Sequence record: MT682709.1
DNA from: Escherichia phage vB_EcoM_SP1
DNA length: 64,000 nt
Reading direction: 5' to 3' (one strand)
Both the position numbers and the translations under genes were made by a program. Below, piece after piece: positions 28,679 to 40,849 of this stretch (the stretch's first letter is position 1; each line of letters opens with the position of its first letter). The notes under the pieces were generated by a model. The model did not search any database and was not told where the DNA came from. It saw nothing but the letters and a program-made list of their open reading frames with translations.

Positions 28679-30933
28679 TTAATGTTATCAAAAGTAGTGG
28701 TGTTTCTCAAAGCTTTGACCCGCAAAAAATTATTAAAGTTTTATCTTGGGCAGCTGAAGGAACATCTGTAGATCCTTATGAATTATATGAAAATATTAAA
28801 TCATATCTCCGTGATGGAATGACAACTGATGACATTCAGACTATTGTCATTAAGGCTGCTGCGAATTCTATTTCAGTTGAAGAGCCTGATTATCAATACG
28901 TAGCTGCACGCTGTTTAATGTTTGCTCTTCGTAAACATGTGTACGGACAATATGAACCACGTTCATTTATTGACCATATTTCTTACTGTGTAAATGAAGG
29001 TAAATACGACCCTGAACTGTTGTCAAAATATTCAGCAGAAGAAATTACATTTTTAGAATCAAAAATTAAGCACGAACGGGATATGGAATTTACTTATTCC
29101 GGGGCGATGCAATTAAAAGAAAAATATCTCGTTAAAGATAAAACCACTGGTCAAATTTATGAAACTCCACAGTTTGCATTTATGACTATTGGAATGGCAT
29201 TGCATCAAGATGAACCTGTTGACAGATTAAAACATGTTATTCGTTTTTATGAAGCAGTATCTACTCGACAGATTTCATTGCCAACTCCTATTATGGCTGG
29301 TTGTCGTACTCCAACTCGGCAGTTTAGTTCATGCGTTGTTATTGAGGCAGGTGATTCGCTGAAGTCTATCAACAAAGCTTCTGCTTCAATTGTTGAATAT
29401 ATCTCCAAACGAGCTGGAATCGGCATTAACGTTGGTATGATTCGTGCCGAAGGTTCTAAGATTGGCACAGGTGAAGTGCGTCATACTGGTGTTATTCCTT
29501 TTTGGAAACATTTTCAGACTGCTGTTAAATCATGTTCACAGGGCGGAATTCGTGGCGGCGCTGCTACTGCTTATTATCCTATTTGGCATTTGGAAGTTGA
29601 AAATCTTCTCGTTTTGAAAAATAACAAAGGCGTAGAAGAAAACCGTATCCGTCATATGGATTATGGTGTCCAGCTGAATGATTTGATGATGGAACGTTTT
29701 GGAAAGAACGACTACATTACTTTGTTCAGTCCGCATGAAATGGGTGGCGAGCTTTATTATTCTTATTTTAAAGACCAAGACCGTTTCCGTGAATTATACG
29801 AAGCAGCAGAAAAAGATCCTAATATTCGTAAAAAGCGTATTAAAGCTCGTGAATTATTTGAATTGCTCATGACTGAACGCTCAGGAACAGCAAGGATTTA
29901 TGTACAGTTCATTGATAATACGAATAACTATACTCCGTTTATTCGTGAAAAGGCACCTATTCGTCAGAGTAACTTGTGTTGTGAAATTGCTATTCCAACA
30001 AATGATGTGAATAGTCCTGATGCTGAAATTGGATTGTGCACGTTATCTGCATTTGTGTTGGATAACTTCGATTGGCAAGACCAAGATAAAATTAATGAAT
30101 TAGCAGAAGTTCAAGTTCGCGCTCTTGATAATCTTTTGGATTACCAAGGATATCCAGTTCCTGAAGCAGAAAAAGCTAAAAAGCGTCGAAATCTTGGTGT
30201 AGGTGTTACCAACTATGCAGCTTGGCTGGCAAGTAACTTTGCTTCTTATGAAGATGCTAACGATTTAACACATGAACTATTTGAGAGATTACAGTATGGA
30301 CTCATTAAAGCATCCATTAAGCTCGCCAAAGAAAAAGGACCTTGCGAATATTATTCAGACACTCGTTGGTCTCGAGGCGAATTACCTATCGACTGGTACA
30401 ATAAAAAGATTGACCAAATCGCAGCTCCAAAATACGTTTGTGACTGGTCGTCGCTGCGGGAAGACCTTAAGCTCTTTGGCATCCGTAATAGCACATTATC
30501 AGCACTTATGCCATGTGAGTCATCTTCCCAAGTTTCTAACAGTACAAACGGTATCGAGCCTCCACGTGGACCAGTCTCTGTTAAAGAATCAAAAGAGGGC
30601 TCCTTTAATCAAGTCGTGCCCAATATTGAGCATAACATAGACCTCTATGATTATACATGGAAATTAGCTAAGAAAGGTAATAAACCTTATCTTACGCAGG
30701 TAGCTATTATGCTGAAATGGGTTTGTCAATCAGCTTCAGCGAATACATACTATGACCCCCAAATCTTCCCTAAAGGCAAGGTTCCAATGTCAATAATGAT
30801 TGATGACATGCTATACGGATGGTATTATGGCATTAAAAATTTCTATTATCATAATACCCGTGATGGTTCTGGTACTGATGATTATGAAATAGAAACTCCT
30901 AAAGCCGACGATTGTGCAGCGTGTAAATTGTAA
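28669..30933 (+). CDS. nrdA: aerobic ribonucleotide reductase large subunit
   Basis: 754 aa as T4 NrdA; ATP-cone N-terminus, catalytic Cys motifs, C-terminal CAACKL. Confidence 0.95.
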   Translation: MQLINVIKSSGVSQSFDPQKIIKVLSWAAEGTSVDPYELYENIKSYLRDGMTTDDIQTIVIKAAANSISVEEPDYQYVAARCLMFALRKHVYGQYEPRSFIDHISYCVNEGKYDPELLSKYSAEEITFLESKIKHERDMEFTYSGAMQLKEKYLVKDKTTGQIYETPQFAFMTIGMALHQDEPVDRLKHVIRFYEAVSTRQISLPTPIMAGCRTPTRQFSSCVVIEAGDSLKSINKASASIVEYISKRAGIGINVGMIRAEGSKIGTGEVRHTGVIPFWKHFQTAVKSCSQGGIRGGAATAYYPIWHLEVENLLVLKNNKGVEENRIRHMDYGVQLNDLMMERFGKNDYITLFSPHEMGGELYYSYFKDQDRFRELYEAAEKDPNIRKKRIKARELFELLMTERSGTARIYVQFIDNTNNYTPFIREKAPIRQSNLCCEIAIPTNDVNSPDAEIGLCTLSAFVLDNFDWQDQDKINELAEVQVRALDNLLDYQGYPVPEAEKAKKRRNLGVGVTNYAAWLASNFASYEDANDLTHELFERLQYGLIKASIKLAKEKGPCEYYSDTRWSRGELPIDWYNKKIDQIAAPKYVCDWSSLREDLKLFGIRNSTLSALMPCESSSQVSNSTNGIEPPRGPVSVKESKEGSFNQVVPNIEHNIDLYDYTWKLAKKGNKPYLTQVAIMLKWVCQSASANTYYDPQIFPKGKVPMSIMIDDMLYGWYYGIKNFYYHNTRDGSGTDDYEIETPKADDCAACKL

Positions 30934-31664
30934 TGAATTATCAAAAAATCTATAATGACCTAATTTCCCGAGCTCAGGCTCGGGAACCTTTATCTGAATA
31001 TAAAGAGACACATCATATAGTCCCTAAATGCATGGGAGGTTCTGATGATAAAGAAAATTTAGTTGAATTAACAGCTAGAGAACATTTTATAGCGCATCTA
31101 TTACTATGTAAGATAAATGAAGGCCATTTTGGGCTTGCCTCTGCGTTAACGTTAATGGCAACAGATAAAGCTGGTAATAGAATTAATAACAGATTGTATA
31201 GCTTGCACAGAAAATTATTTGCTAAAGCTAATTCTGATTTCTTTAAGAAATATTGGAAAAATAATCCTCATCCTAGAGGAATGTTAGGCAAGCATCATAA
31301 AAACGAAACTAAACAACATGTATCAAACGTGAATAGGTATGCATGCCCATCTATCGAAATACATAAATTCTCATTAGATGGGGATTTCATAGAAACCTTT
31401 CACTCTATTGCGGCAGCGTCCAGGTCAGTTAATGGAAACGGGTCAAATATCAAATATTGTGCTGAGGGTAAATTTCAATATGCCTATGGATTTAGATGGT
31501 CATATCAACTTGATGCAAAGTTTGATAAAATACAACCAAGAGATTATAAAGGAATCCGCGGTAAGAAATGGATTAATAATGGAAGTGAATGCACGCTTAT
31601 AGGTAAAGATGATATTATACCGCCAGGTTGGAAACGCGGCAGAATTTTAAAGAGGAAAAATTAA
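30933..31664 (+). CDS. mobE: free-standing HNH homing endonuclease (mobE-like)
   Basis: 243 aa; HNH core HHIVPKCMGGSDDKENLVELTAREHFIAH; C-terminal YGFRWSY motif; inserted between nrdA and nrdB with TAATG overlaps at both ends. Confidence 0.75.
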   Translation: MNYQKIYNDLISRAQAREPLSEYKETHHIVPKCMGGSDDKENLVELTAREHFIAHLLLCKINEGHFGLASALTLMATDKAGNRINNRLYSLHRKLFAKANSDFFKKYWKNNPHPRGMLGKHHKNETKQHVSNVNRYACPSIEIHKFSLDGDFIETFHSIAAASRSVNGNGSNIKYCAEGKFQYAYGFRWSYQLDAKFDKIQPRDYKGIRGKKWINNGSECTLIGKDDIIPPGWKRGRILKRKN

Positions 31665-32842
31665 TGTCTACAGTTTTTAATACAAATCCAGTTGATGTTT
31701 TAAAAGAACCTATGTTTTTTGGTTCAGGTCTTGGTATTGCGCGTTATGATATTCAACGGCATCGAGTATTTGAAGAACTTACAGAAAAGTCCTTATCATT
31801 TTTCTGGCGCCCGGAAGAAGTAAACTTAATGATGGATGCTGCACAGTTTAATAAGCTTCCTCAGTATCAGCAAAATATTTTTACTAATAATCTGAAGTAT
31901 CAATCACTTTTGGATAGCATTCAGGGTCGTGCGCCGTCTGCTGTACTTATGTCATTAATTTCAGATCCGAGCCTTGATACATGGGTTGCTACGTGGACTT
32001 TTAGTGAAACTATTCACAGCCGTTCATATACACATATCATGCGAAATCTTTATACTGATCCATCGAAGGTATTTGATGAAATTGTATTAGATGAAGCTAT
32101 TATGAAACGTGCTGAATCCATTGGACGTTATTATGATGATGTTCTGATTAAAACCCGTGAATGGGAAAATGCTAAAGAATTTGTAGAACTAGCTAAAGAA
32201 TCTCCTGATGCCGACTTTCGTTTAAACCGAGCTATTAAACGAGAAGCCGAAGCTAAACGTGCTTTAATGAAGTCTCTTTACCTCTGCTTGCATGTAATCA
32301 ACGCATTAGAAGCTATTCGTTTTTATGTATCTTTCGCATGTACCTTTAACTTCCATAAAAACATGGAAATCATGGAAGGTAATGCCAAGATTATGAAGTT
32401 CATTGCACGTGATGAGCAGCTTCACCTTAAAGGCACCCAATATATTATTCGTCAGCTTCAATCCGGTACTGATGGTGATGAATGGGTTAAAATTGCTCAA
32501 GAGTGTGAACAAGAAGCAGTTGATATTTTCATGGAAGTTAACCGCCAAGAAAAAGATTGGGCAGTTCATTTATTTAAAGATGGCGATGTTCCTGGATTAA
32601 ATACAAATAGCATGTGGGGTTTTATTGATTACTTAACTGTATCTCGTATGAAACAGTGTGGTCTTCCATGCCCAATTACCGATGCTCCGGTTAAACATCC
32701 ATATCCTTGGATTCGTGAATATCTTAATTCTGATAATGTTCAATCCGCGCCACAAGAAGTAGAATTGTCATCTTACCTTGTTGCACAGATTGATAATGAT
32801 GTTGATGATAAAGTTATGATGAGTTTTAAAAAATACTTTTAA
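31664..32842 (+). CDS. nrdB: aerobic ribonucleotide reductase small subunit, intronless
   Basis: 392 aa continuous ORF from ATG 31664; di-iron ligands (E..H motifs) present; no intron. Confidence 0.9.
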   Translation: MSTVFNTNPVDVLKEPMFFGSGLGIARYDIQRHRVFEELTEKSLSFFWRPEEVNLMMDAAQFNKLPQYQQNIFTNNLKYQSLLDSIQGRAPSAVLMSLISDPSLDTWVATWTFSETIHSRSYTHIMRNLYTDPSKVFDEIVLDEAIMKRAESIGRYYDDVLIKTREWENAKEFVELAKESPDADFRLNRAIKREAEAKRALMKSLYLCLHVINALEAIRFYVSFACTFNFHKNMEIMEGNAKIMKFIARDEQLHLKGTQYIIRQLQSGTDGDEWVKIAQECEQEAVDIFMEVNRQEKDWAVHLFKDGDVPGLNTNSMWGFIDYLTVSRMKQCGLPCPITDAPVKHPYPWIREYLNSDNVQSAPQEVELSSYLVAQIDNDVDDKVMMSFKKYF

Positions 32843-32869
32843 GGAGTGGGCCGCAAGGCCCATTTTATT

Positions 32870-34457
<1,588 letters not shown>

Positions 34458-34460
34458 GCT

Positions 34461-34514
34461 GTTTACAAGTCCCTCGTGTTGTGTTATAGTAGTCTTACTG
34501 ACATAACATGAGGA
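34461..34514 (+). promoter_or_regulatory. early promoter cassette, copy 1 of a perfect 54-bp repeat
   Basis: GTTTACA at 34461, TATAGT at 34485; identical to 48746-48799. Confidence 0.55.
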
Positions 34515-34518
34515 CTTT

Positions 34519-35025
34519 ATGATGGATTTGCAGCTTATTACTACTGAAATGGTCGTTGAAGCATACGGTGATACTACAGATGGGATTTCTGTATTCAAAG
34601 GAAATCGTCGAGTTGGATATATCACTGATCTTAAGAAAGATTTAGCTAAGCAAGTCAAGCGGAAAACGACCATTAAAGAATATCGAAATCGTCGTCTTGA
34701 GCAAGCCCGCGATATGCTTCCTGATGCGGTTGAAGAGATGAAAGTCTTTTTAGAAAATCAACTCGCTAAGTATGAGTGCGAAGTGTTCATTAATCAGACT
34801 CAGCCCAATGTTCATATCAATAGCTGTAAATGCTACATCATCGTTAATCCTTTGACTGGAAAGCATCGTCTTGGAATTAGTAATCCAAATCGTAGTGCAT
34901 CGGATATGGCAGAAGATGTTGAGGCATGCTTTAAAATTTCTAAATCTCCGGCTGAACATCATATTTTAATTAACGGTCTTTCTCAAGATGATATTGTAGA
35001 GGTTATTAAAACTTTATGCAATTAA
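34519..35025 (+). CDS. alc: Alc (blocks host transcription elongation on dC-DNA)
   Basis: 168 aa ORF (T4 Alc 167 aa); position between rnlA and pseT cluster. Confidence 0.7.
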   Translation: MMDLQLITTEMVVEAYGDTTDGISVFKGNRRVGYITDLKKDLAKQVKRKTTIKEYRNRRLEQARDMLPDAVEEMKVFLENQLAKYECEVFINQTQPNVHINSCKCYIIVNPLTGKHRLGISNPNRSASDMAEDVEACFKISKSPAEHHILINGLSQDDIVEVIKTLCN

Positions 35026-35369
35026 GTAATACTACAGCAGGTTTGCTATTAATTGTAATTGCATTGGGCGGAACTTCTTTAATTTTAAAAAATAAAATTG
35101 AAAGATTAGAAACGTCTGTTGTAGAAATTACAAAAACGGCCAATGAAAACGCTTTAGCATTAAACAATTTGCGAATTCAGTATAATTATATTGATGCGAT
35201 GAATAATAAAAATCGTGAGGCAATTGCTGCTATTGAGCGTGAAAATGAAAAACTGCGCAAAGACGCAAAGAAGGCGGATGTGGTGGCTCATAAGCCAGGA
35301 TTGGTTGAAAAACAAATCAACAACTCCTTCAACAAGTTCGCAGAAGACATCCAGGACCTTTCTAAATGA
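35016..35369 (+). CDS. inner-membrane spanin component (pseT.3-like)
   Basis: 117 aa; N-terminal TM LLLIVIALGGTSLIL then coiled-coil-like region; paired with downstream lipoprotein. Confidence 0.6.
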   Translation: MQLSNTTAGLLLIVIALGGTSLILKNKIERLETSVVEITKTANENALALNNLRIQYNYIDAMNNKNREAIAAIERENEKLRKDAKKADVVAHKPGLVEKQINNSFNKFAEDIQDLSK

Positions 35370-35665
35370 TTAAACTATCAGCAGTAATATTATCTATTGG
35401 TCTTCTAGTTGGTTGTTCGACAAATCCTCTAGAAGTAAAGAAAGAAACAGTTCATCCTAATTGGCCTGTACAAATAAAGTCATATGATGAAGCTAAACTA
35501 TCTTGGCAAGTTAAAGTTATTGATGGTAAAGCTTGGGTCGGTATGCCATTTGAAGATTCCCAGGAATTTCGTATTTGGCTTAATGATGTAAAACGATATG
35601 TACATGACCAAAAAACTATGATATGTTATTATCGTCAAGAGTTAAAAGAGGATAAATGCAAATGA
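35366..35665 (+). CDS. outer-membrane lipoprotein spanin component (pseT.2-like)
   Basis: 99 aa; signal peptide with lipobox LLVGCS; ATGA-coupled to upstream spanin partner. Confidence 0.65.
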   Translation: MIKLSAVILSIGLLVGCSTNPLEVKKETVHPNWPVQIKSYDEAKLSWQVKVIDGKAWVGMPFEDSQEFRIWLNDVKRYVHDQKTMICYYRQELKEDKCK

Positions 35666-35886
35666 TTTCATGGCATCAATTTGAACATCTCAAAGGATTG
35701 ATTTATGAATCCGAGATGGCTGCAATGATTTATGGACGCCAGATTCAACGGTTAGAATCTTTACCTCCAACTAATGATGTTTTATTAGCTCAATCTCGGG
35801 CTAATCTTAAAAATGAATACCAAAATAAGTGGGGTAAAGCATCTAAAGACCTGCATGATTATATTCAATCATTGGTTGAGAAATAA
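35656..35886 (+). CDS. hypothetical protein, 76 aa
   Basis: ORF overlapping upstream stop. Confidence 0.5.
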   Translation: MQMISWHQFEHLKGLIYESEMAAMIYGRQIQRLESLPPTNDVLLAQSRANLKNEYQNKWGKASKDLHDYIQSLVEK

Positions 35887-35889
35887 TAA

Positions 35890-37114
<1,225 letters not shown>

Positions 37115-37115
<1 letters not shown>

Positions 37116-37312
37116 TGGCGTGGCATCATGAAACTTGGTCTATTGTTATTGTAAATAGTGGTTTAGTTGGTACTAGTAATGGGCAATTTTGTGTATTCAC
37201 TAGTGAAATCAGAGCTTGGGAGGAATGCCTTAAATTAAGAGAAAAGAATCCTGATATTGAACTAACAGTAAAGAAAACTAAACTGCCTTTACCATGGAAA
37301 ACTTATGAATAA
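37115..37312 (+). CDS. hypothetical protein, 65 aa
   Basis: ORF coupled to pseT stop. Confidence 0.45.
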
Positions 37313-37505
37313 TATAGAAAAGATTTATCGTCTTTGTGATAAAATTGAAAAAGAAAAGAAATATCTATTTTGTTTATGGCCTATTGTTGACGGAAGAGTA
37401 GGCCTAGATGTTCTTGATTATGAAACAGAAGACAAAGTAGATGGTTCAACTTTTGATAACGCTTTGGATGTTATTGATTGGCTCGAAGAAAATTATGTGA
37501 GGTAA
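37305..37505 (+). CDS. hypothetical protein, 66 aa
   Basis: overlapping ORF. Confidence 0.45.
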   Translation: MNNIEKIYRLCDKIEKEKKYLFCLWPIVDGRVGLDVLDYETEDKVDGSTFDNALDVIDWLEENYVR

Positions 37506-37507
37506 AT

Positions 37508-37783
37508 ATGTTTCCGACTTACTCTAAAATCGTAGAAGTAGTGTTTAGCCAAATTATCGCTAATAACATGTTTGAAAAGCTTGATAATGCAGCTGAACTT
37601 CGAATCCACGCTCAAGTGACTCATGTATTGAATACTTTGCTTCCAGACCAGGTGGATTCTGTTGCCATCACGTTGTATCCAGGTTCAGCGCATATCATTG
37701 TTGTATTCGGTCTTGATGCTGAGCTAGTCATCAAAGGCGATATTCGCTTTGAATCACAGACATCAGAATTCAAAGCAATTTAA
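37508..37783 (+). CDS. hypothetical protein, 91 aa
   Basis: ORF from ATG 37508 with RBS GUGAGGUAAAU. Confidence 0.45.
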   Translation: MFPTYSKIVEVVFSQIIANNMFEKLDNAAELRIHAQVTHVLNTLLPDQVDSVAITLYPGSAHIIVVFGLDAELVIKGDIRFESQTSEFKAI

Positions 37784-37785
37784 TA

Positions 37786-37824
37786 GTTTACTTTACGGTA
37801 GAGTTGTGATATTATAGCTCTACC
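37786..37824 (+). promoter_or_regulatory. early promoter with 7-bp inverted repeat bracketing the -10
   Basis: GTTTAC at 37786, TATTAT at 37810; arms GGTAGAG 37797-37803 and CTCTACC 37818-37824. Confidence 0.45.
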
Positions 37825-37845
37825 AAAACAAATGAGGAAATTGAA

Positions 37846-38373
37846 ATGAGCGAATGGTTTGAAGAAGATAAGGTTTATCGCTTTAAAGCTGGATATAAAG
37901 ATATTTTTAATGAAACTTGCGGGGCTAATAAACGAATTGCCCAGTTTATTGGGGAAAATTCATTTAAAGTAAAAATAGATCCTGCGAAAAATGTTATTAG
38001 CATTAAACGCGAAATTGATGATTGTTGGTATAAAGCTGTTGATGTAATGGGCGAATCTTATAAAGTTAGCCCGTTATTTTCAATTGCTTATATGTTAGAA
38101 TATTCTTTTTTCGAAGAAGTTCAAAAAGATGATTCTGTCAGTAAATTTGAAATTAAAACTGATAAAGAAATTAAGTGGAAAGTAGTAGGTATTACTGGTT
38201 GTATGTTTTATATCTATGCTCAAACTGATACGAAGGAAGAAGCTAAAAAGAAAGCTCTAGAATATCTTGAAGAGTATGAAGAAGGTCCGGTAATGATTAC
38301 TCAAGATGCTGAATTAGTTTCTGTCAAATTAGTTAAAAACGTTGAAAGTAAGGAGCTGGGATCAACATGCTAA
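37846..38373 (+). CDS. hypothetical protein, 175 aa
   Basis: ORF with RBS AUGAGGAAAUUGAA. Confidence 0.55.
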   Translation: MSEWFEEDKVYRFKAGYKDIFNETCGANKRIAQFIGENSFKVKIDPAKNVISIKREIDDCWYKAVDVMGESYKVSPLFSIAYMLEYSFFEEVQKDDSVSKFEIKTDKEIKWKVVGITGCMFYIYAQTDTKEEAKKKALEYLEEYEEGPVMITQDAELVSVKLVKNVESKELGSTC

Positions 38374-38603
38374 GTGAAAAACCGATTACTGTTAAAGAAT
38401 TCCAAGAAAAAGTTAAGCTATTTGCACAGGAATTGGTAAATAAGGTTTCTGAACGATTTCCTGAAACATCGGTTCGTGTTATTACTGAAACTCCTCGTTC
38501 AGTATTAGTAATTGTGAATCCAGGTGATGGCGATCAAATATCGCATCTTAAACTGGATTTTGATGGATTAGTTGAAGCACAAAGGGTGTATGGCGTACTA
38601 TGA
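38367..38603 (+). CDS. hypothetical protein, 78 aa
   Basis: overlapping ORF. Confidence 0.5.
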   Translation: MLSEKPITVKEFQEKVKLFAQELVNKVSERFPETSVRVITETPRSVLVIVNPGDGDQISHLKLDFDGLVEAQRVYGVL

Positions 38604-38938
38604 TGAATTTAACTGATATAATTGATAATTGTCTTGAAAATGATACTGGCGATCATAGAGCGCTTGATTCTGAAACAGCACAGTTCATTAGAATAACTTT
38701 AATGAATGATACTCTGGTGAATAGTATTCATCCTTCTGTGTATGATGCTATTATTGTGACGAAGTATCCAGTTGAGCTTCACAAAAAGATGACTGGCGCA
38801 GTTTTTAATGATAAGAAAAACCGCTTTAAAGATGGGCTGAATATAATTACTTCTGTTGTTAAAAGTATAACTAAACTTCGTCACGAAATTTATCGTGTTG
38901 AAACTGCTAAATCTGCTTATCTGGTGATTATGAAATGA
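38600..38938 (+). CDS. hypothetical protein, 112 aa
   Basis: ATGA-coupled ORF. Confidence 0.5.
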   Translation: MMNLTDIIDNCLENDTGDHRALDSETAQFIRITLMNDTLVNSIHPSVYDAIIVTKYPVELHKKMTGAVFNDKKNRFKDGLNIITSVVKSITKLRHEIYRVETAKSAYLVIMK

Positions 38939-39516
38939 AAGCGAGTACAGTACTTCAAATTGCATATTTAGTATCGCAGGAATCAAAATGTTGCTCCTGG
39001 AAGGTAGGAGCAGTAATTGAAAAGAATGGACGTATTATTTCTACTGGGTATAATGGTTCCCCCGCAGGGGGTGTGAACTGTTGTGATTATGCTGCTGAGC
39101 AAGGTTGGTTGTTAAATAAGCCTAAACATACTATCATTCAAGGTCATAAGCCCGAATGTGTATCATTTGGTTCAACTGATCGCTTTGTCTTGGCGAAAGA
39201 ACATCGTAGTGCTCACTCGGAATGGTCATCTAAAAATGAAATTCATGCTGAACTAAACGCAATTTTGTTTGCTGCACGAAATGGTTCTTCTATTGAAGGT
39301 GCTACTATGTATGTAACACTTTCTCCTTGTCCAGATTGTGCAAAAGCGATAGCTCAATCTGGAATTAAAAAACTGGTTTATTGCGAAACATACGACAAAA
39401 ATAAACCCGGTTGGGATGATATTCTGCGAAATGCGGGTATTGAAGTGTTTAATGTTCCTAAGAAAAACTTGAATAAGTTAAACTGGGAAAATATCAACGA
39501 ATTCTGTGGTGAATAA
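38935..39516 (+). CDS. cd: dCMP deaminase
   Basis: 193 aa; zinc-binding HAELNA and PCxxC motifs. Confidence 0.9.
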   Translation: MKASTVLQIAYLVSQESKCCSWKVGAVIEKNGRIISTGYNGSPAGGVNCCDYAAEQGWLLNKPKHTIIQGHKPECVSFGSTDRFVLAKEHRSAHSEWSSKNEIHAELNAILFAARNGSSIEGATMYVTLSPCPDCAKAIAQSGIKKLVYCETYDKNKPGWDDILRNAGIEVFNVPKKNLNKLNWENINEFCGE

Positions 39517-39752
39517 TGAAATTTCGTTTGGTAAAACTCACAGCAATTAGTTCTTATTCTAACGAGAACATCTCATTTGCTGTAGAGTATAAGAAATATT
39601 TTTTCTCTAAATGGAAACAGTATTATAAAACTGATTGGACTAGTATTGATAGGCCGTATAGTTGGAAATCTGATTTAGAAAAATGTCAAAAATTACTTTC
39701 CACCCTTAAAGAACGTGGAACAACTCATATTAAAACTGTAATAGGTAAATAA
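39516..39752 (+). CDS. hypothetical protein, 78 aa
   Basis: TAATG-coupled ORF. Confidence 0.5.
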   Translation: MKFRLVKLTAISSYSNENISFAVEYKKYFFSKWKQYYKTDWTSIDRPYSWKSDLEKCQKLLSTLKERGTTHIKTVIGK

Positions 39753-40061
39753 ATGAAACTGACAACTGAGCAGAAAGTAGCAATTCGTGAAATTTTGAAA
39801 ACTAAATTGTCCATGGGTGTTTCAAACGTAGTTTTTGAAAAGTCTGATGGTACTATTCGTACTATGAAAGGTACTCGTGATGCAGACTTTATGCCAATCA
39901 TGCAAACTGGTAAATTGACTGAATCTACTCGGAAAGAATCTACTGATATGATTCCACTATTTGATGTTGAACTTGGTGCATGGCGAGGTTTTTCTATTGA
40001 CAAATTGATTTCTGTTAATGGTATGAAAGTTGAGCATTTGCTCCAATTTATTGGTAAATAA
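39753..40061 (+). CDS. hypothetical protein, 102 aa
   Basis: ORF immediately upstream of gene 31. Confidence 0.5.
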   Translation: MKLTTEQKVAIREILKTKLSMGVSNVVFEKSDGTIRTMKGTRDADFMPIMQTGKLTESTRKESTDMIPLFDVELGAWRGFSIDKLISVNGMKVEHLLQFIGK

Positions 40062-40087
40062 ATGCTTTAAGAATTATTTGTTATTAT
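40060..40087 (+). promoter_or_regulatory. MotA-dependent middle promoter upstream of gene 31
   Basis: MotA box AATGCTTTA at 40061 and TATTAT -10 about 12 bp downstream. Confidence 0.5.
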
Positions 40088-40117
40088 TAATTCATCTGTT
40101 AACAAAAAGGAAAAACG

Positions 40118-40453
40118 ATGTCTGAAGTACAACAGCTACCAATTCGTGCTGTCGGTGAATATGTTATTTTAGTTTCTGAACCTGCACAAGCCGGTGATGA
40201 AGAAGTTACAGAATCAGGACTTATTATTGGTAAACGTGTCCAAGGTGAAGTTCCTGAACTGTGTGTAGTTCACTCTGTCGGTCCTGATGTTCCTGAAGGT
40301 TTCTGCGAAGTTGGCGATTTGACTTCTCTTCCAGTTGGTCAAATTCGAAATGTTCCGCATCCTTTTGTAGCTCTGGGTCTTAAGCAGCCAAAAGAAATTA
40401 AACAAAAATTCGTTACTTGTCACTATAAAGCTATTCCGTGTCTTTATAAGTGA
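40118..40453 (+). CDS. 31: co-chaperonin gp31 (GroES analogue)
   Basis: 111 aa as T4 gp31; sequence [19 protein letters not shown]. Confidence 0.9.
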
Positions 40454-40461
40454 TATAAATA
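40454..40461 (+). promoter_or_regulatory. late promoter TATAAATA
   Basis: exact octamer directly after gene 31 stop. Confidence 0.45.
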
Positions 40462-40600
40462 ATAATATGAATTGGGTGTCGGAATAATAAGTTAACCGAA
40501 CAATTCTATGTGGTAGTCTACAACTGAGAGATCTGTCGAAAGAAGATGAAATTCAGAAGAACGTGACTACCGAGTTTTAATCTCTAACGAGAATTTTTAA

Positions 40601-40849
40601 ATGATTAAACAATTACAACACGCTCTTGAACTGCAACGAAACGCATGGAATAATGGTCACGAAAACTATGGCGCATCTATTGATGTTGAAGCCGAAGCTC
40701 TTGAAATCCTGCGTTATTTCAAACATCTGAATCCTGCTCAAACTGCATTAGCTGCTGAGCTTCAGGAAAAAGATGAACTTAAATATGCTAAGCCTCTGGC
40801 TTCTGCTGCACGAAAAGCAGTTCGTCACTTTGTGGTAACACTGAAGTAA
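40601..40849 (+). CDS. rIII: lysis inhibition accessory protein rIII
   Basis: 82 aa as T4 RIII; position between 31 and the 30.x cluster. Confidence 0.85.
   Translation: MIKQLQHALELQRNAWNNGHENYGASIDVEAEALEILRYFKHLNPAQTALAAELQEKDELKYAKPLASAARKAVRHFVVTLK

Noticed and set aside
27251-32842. Searched for group I introns in td and nrdB (present in T4)
   Set aside because: Both genes are single uninterrupted ORFs of the expected spliced length; no intron-sized insert or intron core elements seen.
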